NCBI GenBank assembly: GCA_036388595.1
Contig: DASVRN010000100.1
Span: 11,524-75,523, forward strand
DNA length: 64,000 nucleotides
From: Chloroflexia bacterium
GTDB taxonomy: Bacteria > Chloroflexota > Chloroflexia > QHBQ01 > JADMIH01
Direction of reading: 5' to 3'
Both the position numbers and the translations under genes were made by a program. Position 1 is the first letter of the stretch. The number at the start of each line of letters is the position of its first letter. This document shows, in pieces, positions 17,169-26,834 of this stretch. The notes under the pieces were generated by a model. That model was not told the origin of the DNA. It made no database searches and worked only from the letters and a program-made list of their open reading frames with translations.

Positions 17169-19457
17169 CTACTTGCCGATGAAGACCTTCCAATCGGCTT
17201 CTTCGGGGACCTGGCCGTTGTCGAGGCGCTGCCGCCACTGCTCGTTGGTGAGGCGGTTGCCGGAGGGCTGCACGAACTCGTACTGGCTGTAGATGCCGCC
17301 GCGAGCCAGCACCAGCTTGCCTTCGACTGGCACCACCACGTAGATTTCCATGATGCGGCCGGTGGCTTCTTCGAGGGCCTGGTCGAGTTGAGGGCCGCCC
17401 GTTGCGACGTCGGCTACTACTGCGGCGTCCTGGTCCTGGAGGGTGCCGCGACCCTGGGTGCGCTCATCGACGTCGGAGGCTGCTATGGTCAGGTGCTCGA
17501 TGCGGCCGCCGTAGTACTGGATGAGCGCGTATTCTTCTTCGGTGAGCGCCTTGTTCTCAAGCTCCTTCTCGCTGATGCGCTTCAGGTCGAGGGCCAGGTT
17601 CTCGATCTGGTTAAGCGTGTTGAAGTCGGATATGGCGAACGCGTCCTCGGTCTTTTCGAGCAGGCCGCGTGACAGCAGACCGTCGCGGGTCATGGCAGCC
17701 AGGGCGGCTATGCGAGCGTAGAACTCAGGCTCCGGCTCAACGTAGCCCTTGATAACCTGCGGCGGACCGCCACCGGCCTCGGCCATCACCTGCTTGGCGT
17801 ACAGGATGGTGTCGTGCTTTAGCTCAGTGTAGCTGCCCAGCACGGTGTTCAGGTTCTTGCGCGCCCAGGTATCGCTGGTCATGAAGCTGGGGTAGCCGCT
17901 ATCCGGGGCCTTGGGTTCGAGCAGCGGGCGGAAGGTGTAGAGCCACGACCAGTAGAGGTTCTCCGTCCACTGGGAGGTCTGTAGCCCGCCAATCTGGCCG
18001 CGTACCTTGTCTAACTGCGTGTCGAAGTTGGCGTACTTCGTCTCGCCCATGTCCTTGAGGATTTCGTAAGCTTCCTCGGAGCCGAAGGCCGCGGGCACGT
18101 CGAGGGCTTTGGGCAGGGAGCGCTGTTCGGTGAGGGTGCCCACGTTACGCCATATTAGCTGGCCGAACACGTACTCATCCAGGGTGAAGCGCTGCCCCAT
18201 CATGCGCAGGCCCTTGGTCACGGTCTCTTTGTCCTCATCGATGTACACGAACATGGAGTTGATCTTCGGCCCGGCCAGCGACTTGGCGGCCTCCTGGAAC
18301 TTCTCGACGTTGGCCTCTGAGACGAGATCGGCCAGGCTGGGGCTAGCTCCGATTGACTGCTCGATTACGGGAGAGTAGTCGCGGAAGGTGAGATCGTCAG
18401 CGCCGCCCACGAAGAAGGCGGTCGGTTCGTAGATGCGCGCCCATGCCTCCTGGGCTGTGGTGTCCTGGGCGTCGGCGGTCTCCAGCGCACGAGTCATGAG
18501 CAGGGCCGACCGGGTCTCCTCCACCACCTTGAGGCGGAAGGTGATGCGGCCGTACCACATCATGGCGCGGAAGTAGCGCGACAGGTCCTCGGAGCGAGTG
18601 TAATGACCGCGCGGCTTGTACTGGCCGTAGTCCTCCACGAACTCTTCCGGGTTGCCGATAGCCATGACCGCCGAGGGGGTAAGGCCCTCGTGCCGGTCGA
18701 TCTGCTGAAGCTCCTGGGCCACTTCCTTTTCTACATAGGAAGGTACGGGGGCATTGGCGTCGAGCAGCCGGGCGGCCACGGTGAAGTAGGCGACGTTGCG
18801 GCGGGCCGCCTGCTCGCCATCGGTACCTTTAAGCTCGTCGTACTGGGCCTGGCTTGCCTTGAGCAGACCGTCCGTCAGCTTCTCCAGGTCGGAGATGAGG
18901 TAGGTAGTTTCGGTGGAGCGCAGGATTTTGTCGAATATGAGATGGTAGACGTGCAGCACCGAGTCGGTGGTCACGAACACCGGCTGCTCGGAGTAGCGAC
19001 CGTCTTCGTATAGCTGGTAGAACTGCTTGTGGCTGACATCCTTCGGGAATTGGGCGGCGAAAGCATACTGCTCTATAAGCCCCTTCATCTCATCGGAAAG
19101 CCCAAAAGCATCCGCGTTCGCCACGTTGGACAGGCCAGCTTCGACGGTGTAGGGCGCGACCGCCGGGGTGACGGTAGACGGCTGAAGGTTGTAGTCAGCG
19201 AAGCGCACGGCATGGCGCACTGAGGGGGTTACACCGGCCTGTGGGGTATCTTGTGGCGTGCTTTCGGCAGTAGCCGCAACCGTAGCCTCACCAGTGGTGC
19301 CGGTGGTAACGGTTGGCTGCACCCCGGCCGTCGTAGCCGTAGGATTGACGACTGGCGTGGGGGTGGTGGGGGTATTCAGGTCGCAGCCCACGGTCCCTGA
19401 CAGTACCACGACGCTGAGACCCAGGGCGACCAGGCGATTTCTAACATTGTTGCTCAC
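17169..19457 (-). CDS. large secreted lipoprotein of unknown function (possibly DUF3160-like)
   Basis: 762 aa. Lipoprotein signal (VVVLSGTVGC), Thr/Pro-rich linker, then a long globular region. Family assignment is uncertain. Confidence 0.75.
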   Translation of the reverse strand: MSNNVRNRLVALGLSVVVLSGTVGCDLNTPTTPTPVVNPTATTAGVQPTVTTGTTGEATVAATAESTPQDTPQAGVTPSVRHAVRFADYNLQPSTVTPAVAPYTVEAGLSNVANADAFGLSDEMKGLIEQYAFAAQFPKDVSHKQFYQLYEDGRYSEQPVFVTTDSVLHVYHLIFDKILRSTETTYLISDLEKLTDGLLKASQAQYDELKGTDGEQAARRNVAYFTVAARLLDANAPVPSYVEKEVAQELQQIDRHEGLTPSAVMAIGNPEEFVEDYGQYKPRGHYTRSEDLSRYFRAMMWYGRITFRLKVVEETRSALLMTRALETADAQDTTAQEAWARIYEPTAFFVGGADDLTFRDYSPVIEQSIGASPSLADLVSEANVEKFQEAAKSLAGPKINSMFVYIDEDKETVTKGLRMMGQRFTLDEYVFGQLIWRNVGTLTEQRSLPKALDVPAAFGSEEAYEILKDMGETKYANFDTQLDKVRGQIGGLQTSQWTENLYWSWLYTFRPLLEPKAPDSGYPSFMTSDTWARKNLNTVLGSYTELKHDTILYAKQVMAEAGGGPPQVIKGYVEPEPEFYARIAALAAMTRDGLLSRGLLEKTEDAFAISDFNTLNQIENLALDLKRISEKELENKALTEEEYALIQYYGGRIEHLTIAASDVDERTQGRGTLQDQDAAVVADVATGGPQLDQALEEATGRIMEIYVVVPVEGKLVLARGGIYSQYEFVQPSGNRLTNEQWRQRLDNGQVPEEADWKVFIGK

Positions 19458-19579
19458 TAAATTTCCTCCTATTACCTTTCTATGGTATGAATGGTTAGTT
19501 GTTTATCATTATGTCTACTATCAAGGCTGCCATACTCAGGAGTGCCAGGTGAGCGTAGGATTCCTACACCCCCGACCTC

Positions 19580-19733
19580 CCCCGTGTCATCCTGAGCGCA
19601 GCGAAGGATCTCAGATGCTGCCTTTATCCCTGTGCTGAACCCTCCGCGTCATGTTCGCTACCATTCAGCCGTATCCCTGTTCACCTTCTTGAGATCCTTC
19701 GCTACGCTCAGGATGACAGGGGCACTCTTGGTC
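19580..19733. repeat. MITE-like palindromic element, copy 7 (tcctgagcg variant)
   Basis: cccccgtgtcatcctgagcgcagcgaaggatctcagatgctgcctttatccctgtgctgaaccctccgcg...gagatccttcgctacgctcaggatgacaggggc. The core is nearly identical to copy 8. Confidence 0.75.
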
Positions 19734-19751
19734 GCTTCGCACCAACACCTG

Positions 19752-19795
19752 TCACATCGCGCTACTCAGTCCTCAGTCCTCAGTCCTCAGTCCTC
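19752..19795. repeat. unpaired (CAGTCCT)n tandem array
   Basis: tactcagtcctcagtcctcagtcctcagtcctcagcac. Same unit as the hairpin arm at 9385, with no complementary arm nearby. Confidence 0.7.
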
Positions 19796-19810
19796 AGCAC
19801 TCATTACTCG

Positions 19811-21499
19811 TCACTTCACCAGAAGCATCTTGCCTTCGCCCCACACGGCCGAGTAGGTGCCGGGGAGGGACTTTAGAAGCTCGAAGCCGAAGCTGCCGGT
19901 CCAGTGCCACAGGTTGACGTTGCCGGGGGCCTGCTCCTGGGCGGGGTTGGCGCTGTCGAACACGGCCAGCGCGGGCTTCGCGTTCGGGGCGAGGGGCACG
20001 ACCGCGAGGTTGAGTATGGGTGAAGGGCGAGGCGAGCCGTGCCACAGGGGCGTGAGCGTGCCGTCGCGCCAGGTGTTAATGTAAATGTGCGGCAGGAAGT
20101 CGCCTCCCTCCATGTCTACCTTCATACCGCCGTCGTCCGGGCGTTCCCAGGTCAGGCGGTGTTTCCAGAGCGAGTAGACCAGGTCGGGCTTGCCGTCGGC
20201 GTTGGCATCGCCCACCGTGTAGCCGGTGACGCGCCAGGTCGGTTCGCTCTGCCAGACCGTCTTCCAGGGGCCTTTGCCCCCGCCCGTCTGCACAGACAGC
20301 ACGCCGCCGAGCAGTTGAGCGCGGGTGGTAACCCCCAGCCCCAACTCTTCGATTGAGGCGCGTTCCGGTGAGGTTGCCGCACGCCGGTACCCTATGCCGA
20401 GACCTGCCTGGGGCTGGTTGGCGTCCCAGAGGGCTTTCCATTGCAGTTCGGCGGGCGTGCTCAGGGCCGCGCGTTTGAGTGTCGGTTGGCCGGAGGCATC
20501 GTCTGCCACGCGCATTTTGTAGCTGCCCGCCGTTATCTCCATTGGGATGAGCCGGGCGCTCTTCACACCCTGCTTGTCCACACGCACCGACAGAGCGAGA
20601 CCCTGCCGCGTTTCCATACGGGCCATCTGGTCGAACAAGGCATTGCCGAGCGAGTAGGCCACGACAGTTGAACGTGCGGGGCCGCCCTCAAGTTCCACCT
20701 TCAGACCCTGCGCTACGTGTGGGTGCGCGCCCACCACCAGGTCAGCACCGGAGCGGGAAGCGAGCTTGCCTAGCTCCACCACCCAGCTATCGGGCTGCGT
20801 TTTGTACTCGTTGCCCCAGTGCATGAACACGACTACTATGTCCGCCTTCGTCCTGGCGGAAGCGATTTGCGCCGCGAACAGGTCCTTGTCGGCCTTGCTC
20901 GTGGGGTTGATATAGCCTATACCGGGTCGAAGCGCGCCGTTGCGCCACATGCCGTCAGTGATGATGTTAAGTAGGGTCGTGTAGCCGAGGAAGGCTACCT
21001 TCACCCCGCGCACCTCGCGTATGACGGGCAACTGCCTGCCCTGCGCGTCAGCAAGCCCGAACGAGGTCATACCAGAGGCTCGGAGCGCGCTCACCGTCGA
21101 TTGCAGGCCCGCCGCGCCGGAGTCGAGAGCGTGGTTGTTGGCGAGCGATAGCAGGTCGAACCCGGCGCGCGAAAGGGCGGGAGCGGCGCGGTCGTCGCCG
21201 GTGAGGTTCAGCTCGTTGGGTGCGGGAGGCGGTATCCTGATAGAGCCACGTCGCACCAACGGCCCCTCCAGGTTGCCCACGGCAAGGTCGGCGGACTGGA
21301 GCAGCGGGCGCACGGTCTCGAATGGGGTGTCGTAACCCCTGGCGGCCACCGTGCTACCCACGTACCGGCCAAGCATAATGTCGCCCACGAACGCCAGGCT
21401 CACCTCGTCAATGGAGGGCGCGGCGGTGCCACCCGCCCGGGTGAAAGCCCCAGCGAGCGCGGCAATTACCAGCGATATGGCGATGGCGACTCTTATCAA
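19811..21499 (-). CDS. CapA/PGA_cap metallophosphoesterase-family protein with C-terminal FG-GAP-like extension
   Basis: LAFVGDIMLGR...ADIVVVFMHWGNEY...VVGAHPHVAQG is the CapA pattern. A ~200-aa tail contains GDANADGKPDLV. Confidence 0.8.
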   Translation of the reverse strand: MIRVAIAISLVIAALAGAFTRAGGTAAPSIDEVSLAFVGDIMLGRYVGSTVAARGYDTPFETVRPLLQSADLAVGNLEGPLVRRGSIRIPPPAPNELNLTGDDRAAPALSRAGFDLLSLANNHALDSGAAGLQSTVSALRASGMTSFGLADAQGRQLPVIREVRGVKVAFLGYTTLLNIITDGMWRNGALRPGIGYINPTSKADKDLFAAQIASARTKADIVVVFMHWGNEYKTQPDSWVVELGKLASRSGADLVVGAHPHVAQGLKVELEGGPARSTVVAYSLGNALFDQMARMETRQGLALSVRVDKQGVKSARLIPMEITAGSYKMRVADDASGQPTLKRAALSTPAELQWKALWDANQPQAGLGIGYRRAATSPERASIEELGLGVTTRAQLLGGVLSVQTGGGKGPWKTVWQSEPTWRVTGYTVGDANADGKPDLVYSLWKHRLTWERPDDGGMKVDMEGGDFLPHIYINTWRDGTLTPLWHGSPRPSPILNLAVVPLAPNAKPALAVFDSANPAQEQAPGNVNLWHWTGSFGFELLKSLPGTYSAVWGEGKMLLVK

Positions 21500-21667
21500 C
21501 GTAGTTAGCCCAGGGGTGCGAAGCGAAATCTGCTGTGACGTCCACGTGTATGTATATGTAATTGTAAGTACATGCTGGGAGTATTCTTCCCGACGCTGCT
21601 ATTGTACCCTGCCTGGGAATGTGGATAAAGGGCAGGTCGGCTTACGGAGGCTACGACAAAGGGAGTA

Positions 21668-21735
21668 AGGATGAGGAGGATGGAGGATGGACGATGGACG
21701 ATGGACGATGGACGATGGACGATGGACGATAGGAT
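21668..21735. repeat. unpaired (GGAGGAT)(GGACGAT)n tandem array
   Basis: ggaggatggaggatggacgatggacgatggacgatggacgatggacgatggacgatagg. The same GGACGAT unit recurs at 36098 and 57963. Confidence 0.7.
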
Positions 21736-21792
21736 TGTGTATTTCGCTTGGCCCTGGTATCCAACATTGCATCTCCCTGGCGAATACCAGGA

Positions 21793-21958
21793 CCAACGCT
21801 CCCCTTTGTCATCCTGAGCGTAGCGAAGGATCTCAGATGCTGCCTTTATCCCTGTGCTGAACCCTCCGCGCCATGTTCGCTACCATTCAACAGCCTCCCT
21901 ACTCACCTTCTTGAGATTCTTCGCTACGCTCAGGATGACAAAGGGGAGCGTTGGTACT
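21793..21958. repeat. MITE-like palindromic element, copy 8 (tcctgagcg variant, longer TIRs)
   Basis: accaacgctcccctttgtcatcctgagcgtagcgaaggatctc...gattcttcgctacgctcaggatgacaaaggggagcgttggt. The core is over 90% identical to copy 7. Confidence 0.75.
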
Positions 21959-22046
21959 CATAGCCGAGTCTGCATCTGCCCCGCCGGGGCCGTTCGCCGG
22001 ATTGACCAAACATAGGTATTGTATTACCATTGGGCCGCTAGCTTAC

Positions 22047-23678
22047 ATGAGTAAAAGAGATACATCTATGAGTCCAACAGTGATGCGGCGGGGCCGGTGG
22101 GTCCTGGCTATCATTGTTGGCCTGTACTTGCTGCTGTTCGGGTACACGTCGCTGACGTACACTCGCAGCTTTACGAGCGATAGCATGAACTATGTGGATG
22201 TCGCTAGCAACCTGCTCGCGGGACGGGGGCTTGTCCAGTCTACCCTGGGCTTCAACACGCCGGATTTCTCACCTGACGCGCCAATTCCCGTACCCTTCAC
22301 CGCCCAGCCACCACTGTACCCGGCCAATATCGCGCTACTGAGTGTCACAGGCATAAGCGGGGCCGATGCCGCGTTACTCGTGGCCCTGCTGGCTTACGGG
22401 TTGGTGCTGCTGTTGAGCTATCTGCTTGCGCGCAACCTGTATGACGAGACGGCAGCCCTGATGGTTGTGGCGGCGCTGCTATTCTACGAACCCCTGGCGT
22501 TTGTGGCCGACCACGCCTGGAGCGAGACACTGGCTGTGTCCTTCGTGCTCTTATCTCTCTGGCTGTTGGTCCTGGTCATGCGAGGCAGATGGGGCGTGTT
22601 CGCTGGGTCGCTTCTGAGCGGTATCGCCGGGGGGCTTGCGTTCGCCACAAGGTATTCATTCGCCATGATAGTTGTGGTGGTAGTGGCCGGTACTGTCGTG
22701 ACAGCCCTGATGAGCCGGGACCGCAAGCTCAGGACGGAGAGGCTGGTAACCGGCACCCTGTACGCCGTCGGCTTTCTGGTGGTGGCCGGGCCGGTGTTGC
22801 TGCACAATTGGCTGACTACACATGACCTGTTGCCTTCTTACAACCCCGCCACGACCGGGTTGGTGGAGAATATCGGCAGGGCGCTTGAGACGCTGTTCGG
22901 GGGCTACCTACCGGTAGGAGAAGTCCCGCACCAGGCGGTGGCCCTTGCACTCTGTTTGATTGCACTGTTCATGCTGGTGCTCTTCCGGCACCGGGCGGCA
23001 AGCGGCGAGTGGTTGGCGAGCACCTTCTTGCAACAGGGGCGTTATTTGCTGGCAGGATGGACGATAGCATATACCGCCCTGGTGGTATACCAGCGGTCGG
23101 TCCACCATTTTGACGAGCTAGATGCCCGGCTGTTGGTACCTGCGGGCATCACCCTGGTGATTGCGATTGTGGCTTTCGCCGTTCGCGCGCTGACCGTAGG
23201 TCCGAGAGTGGCTGTGGTGCTAGCAATGATTGTGGCGATTGCCGCGCTAGGCCAGCAGTTCGCGAGAGTGTGGGTACATGCAAGCAGGGAGGCCGGGCCG
23301 GAAAGAACTTTGCCCGCGCACCTGGAGTGGTTGGCACGAAACACCACTGACGAAGACTTGATCATCTCCAAAGACGCGGTGGATGTACCCTTCTGGCTGG
23401 GGCGCTCAGGTGCGGTCTCGTACTCGCCCTATCCTTACACGGTACACCTGCAACACAACAAAGTGCAGGAGCTAGCGGGCCACAAGTGTGCCGAGTACCG
23501 GCATATATTCCTCGTGGCTAGCGTCACCAACCCCGATGGGCAGCGCAACAGGGCCGATTACGGGCCATACATTACAGATCTGGCGTCTGCGCGTTACGAG
23601 CAATACCCCGACCTTGTACTGAAGGCACAATTGAAGGGTACAGCCATTTACGAGGTTGAGTGCAAATCGCCTGGCTGA
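22047..23678 (+). CDS. GT-C fold membrane glycosyltransferase (ArnT/PMT-like)
   Basis: More than 10 TM helices and a periplasmic loop with a QPPLYP motif. Start is ambiguous (ATG 22047, 22068 or 22083). The track N-terminus from 21951 lies inside MITE copy 8 and is rejected. Confidence 0.55.
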   Translation: MSKRDTSMSPTVMRRGRWVLAIIVGLYLLLFGYTSLTYTRSFTSDSMNYVDVASNLLAGRGLVQSTLGFNTPDFSPDAPIPVPFTAQPPLYPANIALLSVTGISGADAALLVALLAYGLVLLLSYLLARNLYDETAALMVVAALLFYEPLAFVADHAWSETLAVSFVLLSLWLLVLVMRGRWGVFAGSLLSGIAGGLAFATRYSFAMIVVVVVAGTVVTALMSRDRKLRTERLVTGTLYAVGFLVVAGPVLLHNWLTTHDLLPSYNPATTGLVENIGRALETLFGGYLPVGEVPHQAVALALCLIALFMLVLFRHRAASGEWLASTFLQQGRYLLAGWTIAYTALVVYQRSVHHFDELDARLLVPAGITLVIAIVAFAVRALTVGPRVAVVLAMIVAIAALGQQFARVWVHASREAGPERTLPAHLEWLARNTTDEDLIISKDAVDVPFWLGRSGAVSYSPYPYTVHLQHNKVQELAGHKCAEYRHIFLVASVTNPDGQRNRADYGPYITDLASARYEQYPDLVLKAQLKGTAIYEVECKSPG

Positions 23679-23720
23679 AACCCATCTCACAAACAAGAAT
23701 GAGGAGATGAGCACCCAAAG

Positions 23721-23868
23721 CCCCTACCTTGTCATTTCGAACGAAGTGAGAAATCTCGTCCCTCACCACCCAAATAGCACCTTTCCTTCAGCAACAGAAA
23801 CCCATAAGGAAAAGGTGACATCTCGGTGTAGGACGAGATTTCTCACTTCGTTCGAAATGACAAGGGGA
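23721..23868. repeat. MITE-like palindromic element, copy 9 (tttcgaacg variant)
   Basis: ccccctaccttgtcatttcgaacgaagtgagaaatctcgtcc ... ggacgagatttctcacttcgttcgaaatgacaagggg. Confidence 0.75.
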
Positions 23869-23935
23869 GGATTTTGTCGCCAGCAATCGGAGCTGCTATT
23901 TAATAGATGGCTTCTAGCCGATGGACCTGGAATAG

Positions 23936-25390
23936 CTACCTTGGCGGATTTTGGAGCCGAAGCAGGATGGTTATGCCGGAGCCGCTGGAACTGGTCTGGA
24001 AATCGACCAGAGCGCCGGTGTTGAGGTCGTAGGTAAACAGGGAGCGGTTGCCGGGTAGCTCGCTGATGATGCTGGCGCTCTTGACGCCTGAACCACTCCG
24101 CACGGAGTCTACGGCGAGAGTCTCCTGGGTGAACGGGTCTTCGTCAAGCACCTGGCCGCGCTTTAGTTTAGAGAGCGCTTTGGGGTCTACCCAGAACTGG
24201 CCGGTGCTGCCTGTGACGCCGGTGCCCGCCGACTCCTGGGCATAGTCGCTGGAGAAGTGGATGGCCGATCTAGAGGTAAACGGCACCCAGTTCTTGTCGC
24301 CTCTGCCGAAGGCGACCGAGAGGTCCATTGGGTAGACCATAGCTTCGTTGGGGTTGCCGCCCATGGGGTTTATGAAGGTCCAGGTGCCGTTGTAATTTAG
24401 CTGCTTGGTGCGTGCCACCCAGGCGGGGTTGGTGCCGGTCAGCCCCGGTACGTTGCGCTGCCTGTATCCCAGCAGACGCCTCACGTATAGCTGCGCGTTG
24501 CCGCTGGCGGCGGTCTGCGGGGGTGTGAGCAGCGTAGTGTTGTGGGTGGTCCTCGTAGTGGCGGCGATGAGCAGCCCGGTCTCGGTGTCGTAAGCGTAAG
24601 AGTGGTACGAGCCGGGCTTCATGCTCACGAAGCTGATCGCTTTGTAGGTGTTGCCCTCGACCTCGTAGTTGCCCCTAAGGATGCGCATGCCCTCGATGTT
24701 CGACTCAGCGATCTCAGCCAATCGCGTGGGGTGGATCCAGACTTCGTCAATTACGTCGCCCGGGGCCTTGCCGCCGCCCAGTGGGGCAATCGTGTACTGC
24801 CTGTCTATACGGCTGTAGCTGTAAAGTGTCGTCGCGAGCACCACGTCGGTGCCCTCCACCGCCAGCACGTCTACCTGGCTCAGGCCCTCGCCCGCGGAAC
24901 TACCGTCGGGGTCGCCAGGCATGCCCGTGCAGGTGAATTTGTTACCATTGTCGTCTTCCCACTCGCCGTTGGGGTCCTCTTTACACTTGGGTTCGCCTTT
25001 CGACACGACCGTGGCGGCCGCGGCGTAGAAGGTAATACGCATACCCGGCTTGACCCATTTAGGCGCGCCAAGCTCCCTCGTATTGGGCAGGTCGGTGCTC
25101 CTGATTTGCCCTTGATGCGGAAGTACCTGCTGAGGCTGTCCCTGTTGTACTGCCGTCGTCTGGCTATTGCTAAACACACCCATCGGCAAACCCGCCACCG
25201 TGCCCATGTCGCCCTCGGCCAGTACGACGTCAGGTGCCGCGCTGGGTGGGGCCAAGGTCAGTGTGGGCGTGGAGGAGAGGCCGACAGTGGGTGGCGAGGT
25301 AGGCACAATGGTGGGCGTGGGTGGGGTCTCGCCCGCGCACGCGGACAAGGCCGGTGCCAATAGCGACACCAGCAGGATGCTACGAAGCAT
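23936..25390 (-). CDS. secreted lipoprotein, unknown function
   Basis: Signal MLRSILLVSLLAPALSACAG, then a Pro/Thr linker and a ~430-aa domain. Start may instead be 25426. Confidence 0.6.
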   Translation of the reverse strand: MLRSILLVSLLAPALSACAGETPPTPTIVPTSPPTVGLSSTPTLTLAPPSAAPDVVLAEGDMGTVAGLPMGVFSNSQTTAVQQGQPQQVLPHQGQIRSTDLPNTRELGAPKWVKPGMRITFYAAAATVVSKGEPKCKEDPNGEWEDDNGNKFTCTGMPGDPDGSSAGEGLSQVDVLAVEGTDVVLATTLYSYSRIDRQYTIAPLGGGKAPGDVIDEVWIHPTRLAEIAESNIEGMRILRGNYEVEGNTYKAISFVSMKPGSYHSYAYDTETGLLIAATTRTTHNTTLLTPPQTAASGNAQLYVRRLLGYRQRNVPGLTGTNPAWVARTKQLNYNGTWTFINPMGGNPNEAMVYPMDLSVAFGRGDKNWVPFTSRSAIHFSSDYAQESAGTGVTGSTGQFWVDPKALSKLKRGQVLDEDPFTQETLAVDSVRSGSGVKSASIISELPGNRSLFTYDLNTGALVDFQTSSSGSGITILLRLQNPPR

Positions 25391-25672
25391 AATCTTAAGT
25401 TCGGCCACGAGGGTCTCCTGTTGCAAAGCCTAAAATGGCACCACAGAACAGGCCCAGGTTCGTGGTGCCGAGAACAGCATTATTATAGCGTAGAGGAAGC
25501 TAGCTGCATAGTTACGTGCCGGCGGGACCAGGATTGGGTCATTGACTGCAACTATGGACCGTAGATTGCGTTCCACACCCGCTTCGTGTAGAATGAGCGT
25601 CGGCACGGCTCTTCGGAGCACCTTTCGATTTCCAGCGCCGCATGCGATATGCGACTAGAAAGAGCAGCAAAC

Positions 25673-26752
25673 ATGGCTCTTGAGCCATACACACCCGAAG
25701 ACCAGGGCACCGACCCCGCCTCCGCCGCTTCCTCCCAACCTGTGTACGTACTGATAGACCACCAGCTCGATGCCAAATACATCGAGCAGATTGAGGCTGC
25801 CGCCCCTAATGTGCGCGTGCTCACTACCTTTCCCAACACGGGCGTGGCCGACCCGATGCGCGGTGATGCGAACGCTCGCAGGTTCGAGGGGGAGCAGCTT
25901 GACGAACTGCTGGCCCAGGCCGAGGTGCTGTTCGCGTTCGGCTTCCCGGTGGAATGGGTACAGAAGGCCCCGCGCCTCAAGTGGGTGCAACTGGCAAGCG
26001 CCGGGTCGGACCAGATGCAACGGGCGGGCATATTCGACCTGCGCCCCGACTTGATACTCACCACCTCCAGCGGCGTGCACGAAGTGCCTATCTCGGAGCA
26101 CATAGTGGGGATGCTGCTATACTTCGCGCGCAGGTTCCAGGTAGCGGTGCGCAACCAGCCCACCCACACCTGGCAGCGGTACCAGGCGAGCGAGGCGGCG
26201 GGCAGGACCGTCTGCTTCGTGGGCTACGGCCCCATCGCGCGGCGGGCGGCTTTCCTGTGCAAAACGCTAGGTATGAACGTGCTGGTAGTGAGGGCGTCCA
26301 TAACGGAGGAGCAGCCGGGCACCGAGCACGTTGACCGCTACTACCCCGGCGCTATGTTGAACCGGGCGCTGTCGCAGAGTGACTATATAGTAGTAGCCGC
26401 GCCGCGCACCTCGGCCACCGAGGGTATGATAGGCAGGGAGCAGTTCGCCGCCATGAAAGCAGGGGCCGTGCTCATCAACATCAGCCGTGGGGCGCTGGTG
26501 GACGAGGACGCCATGATTGAGGCGCTACGGGAGGGCAAATTGGGCGGCGCTGGCCTGGACGTGTTCAGGGAGGAGCCGCTACCTCCCAACAGTCCACTGT
26601 GGGACATGCCCAACGTGCTTGTCACTCCCCACGTATCGGGATCGTCGCCCCACTACAACGAACGCGCCACCGCCATCTTCGCCGACAACCTGTCCCGCTA
26701 CACCCGCGGCGACCCACTGAGAAACCGCGTCATCAAAGAGAGAGGATACTGA
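25673..26752 (+). CDS. D-isomer-specific 2-hydroxyacid dehydrogenase (NAD-binding)
   Basis: VCFVGYGPIARRAAFL (GxGxxG), LINISRGALVDE, and VTPHVSGSS with the catalytic His. An alternative start lies at 25649. Confidence 0.85.
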   Translation: MALEPYTPEDQGTDPASAASSQPVYVLIDHQLDAKYIEQIEAAAPNVRVLTTFPNTGVADPMRGDANARRFEGEQLDELLAQAEVLFAFGFPVEWVQKAPRLKWVQLASAGSDQMQRAGIFDLRPDLILTTSSGVHEVPISEHIVGMLLYFARRFQVAVRNQPTHTWQRYQASEAAGRTVCFVGYGPIARRAAFLCKTLGMNVLVVRASITEEQPGTEHVDRYYPGAMLNRALSQSDYIVVAAPRTSATEGMIGREQFAAMKAGAVLINISRGALVDEDAMIEALREGKLGGAGLDVFREEPLPPNSPLWDMPNVLVTPHVSGSSPHYNERATAIFADNLSRYTRGDPLRNRVIKERGY

Positions 26753-26756
26753 CGGA

Positions 26757-26834
26757 TTTGGGAATTGGGATTTCGGATTTCGGATTTTGTTCCGATTTCC
26801 AGCTAAATCCGAATTCCGAATTCCGAAATCCCAA
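26757..26834. repeat. hairpin element ggatttgggaattgggatttcggatttcgg ... ccgaattccgaattccgaaatcccaaat
   Basis: Near-palindromic arms end 1 nt before the ATG at 26835. The left arm is about 90% identical to the element at 39304. Confidence 0.75.
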
